Origin: a virus
Lineage: Duplodnaviria > Caudoviricetes
IMG/VR virus record: IMGVR_UViG_3300044630_003213
Location: 1 to 43,419 of that record
Direction: 5' to 3' (one strand)
DNA: 43,419 nt
How positions within the stretch are numbered: position 1 is the first letter of the stretch; every line of letters begins with the position of its first letter. The notes under the pieces are model-generated. The model made no database searches and was not told the DNA's origin. It saw nothing but the letters and a program-made list of their open reading frames with translations. The position numbers were made by a program, and so were the translations under genes. Shown piece after piece: positions 43,061 to 43,419 of the stretch.

Positions 43061-43419
43061 GCGAAGAACTCTTGGAGCGTCATGGCGGAGATCGTTGTGA
43101 AACTGGATCCACCGTTTATCGCGTAGTTGAGGTACAGGTTCGTGACCGACAACGGAGAGAAGATGTGAACCTTGTACGTTGTTGAAGTGGACGATGACGG
43201 AGAATCGAGGAACTCGATCTTCGTGTTGTTGATCGCATTGACCTCACCGTCTTCGTAGCTTCCTGAAGCAATACCTTTCTGGCCTGTGCCAATCGAAGTG
43301 CCGATCTCGGTTCCGTTTCTGGTTACACGGAACAATACGAATTGAGAGGCGTTAACCAGTGTTGAGTAATTCAGGACGATGCTGACCAGAATCTTGGACG
43401 AAGTGGACCGAGGAGTGAT
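43057..43419 (-). CDS. Tail fibre/spike-like protein, module B (5' end beyond window)
   Basis: Frame is open to the window edge: ITPRSTSSKILV...FLDSPSSSTSTTYKV...MTLQEFFA, homologous to the C-terminus of 356..1288. Confidence 0.75.
   Translation of the reverse strand: MTPRSTSSKILVSIVLNYSTLVNASQFVLFRVTRNGTEIGTSIGTGQKGIASGSYEDGEVNAINNTKIEFLDSPSSSTSTTYKVHIFSPLSVTNLYLNYAINGGSSFTTISAMTLQEFFA

Noticed and set aside
1-43419. Alternative genetic code, tRNA or rRNA genes
   Set aside because: Long genes are intact under the standard code with all three stop codons used, and no cloverleaf or rRNA-like sequence was recognised.

Overview
The window is a large segment of a tailed dsDNA phage genome of podovirus type (short tail plus ejection proteins), and almost all genes lie on the minus strand. 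It contains one head and packaging module (small and large terminase, portal, scaffold, N4-gp56-like major capsid), a holin/spanin-like cluster, an S74-chaperone tail fibre and a short plus-strand early operon. It also has a probable replication origin near 19 kb, a replication/recombination block (primase-helicase, SF2 helicase, RuvC-like resolvase, SSB-like, RecE/RecT-like) and ejection-protein genes, including a 1702-aa polyvalent protein. The most striking observation is two diverged, intact tail modules for a single portal and capsid. Each has an adaptor, a nozzle, a fibre-like protein and a small GNAT-like protein; one lies at 1-5210 and the other at 39916-43419. Other points of interest are an HNH gene that split a host ORF, an HTH fused to an RNA polymerase alpha-CTD-like domain, a GC-skew inversion with iteron-like repeats, and a region of small genes that appear shuffled through short repeats. 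No integrase, DNA polymerase, endolysin, tRNA, CRISPR array or reverse transcriptase was recognised. All product calls come from motif recognition by eye, not from database searches.
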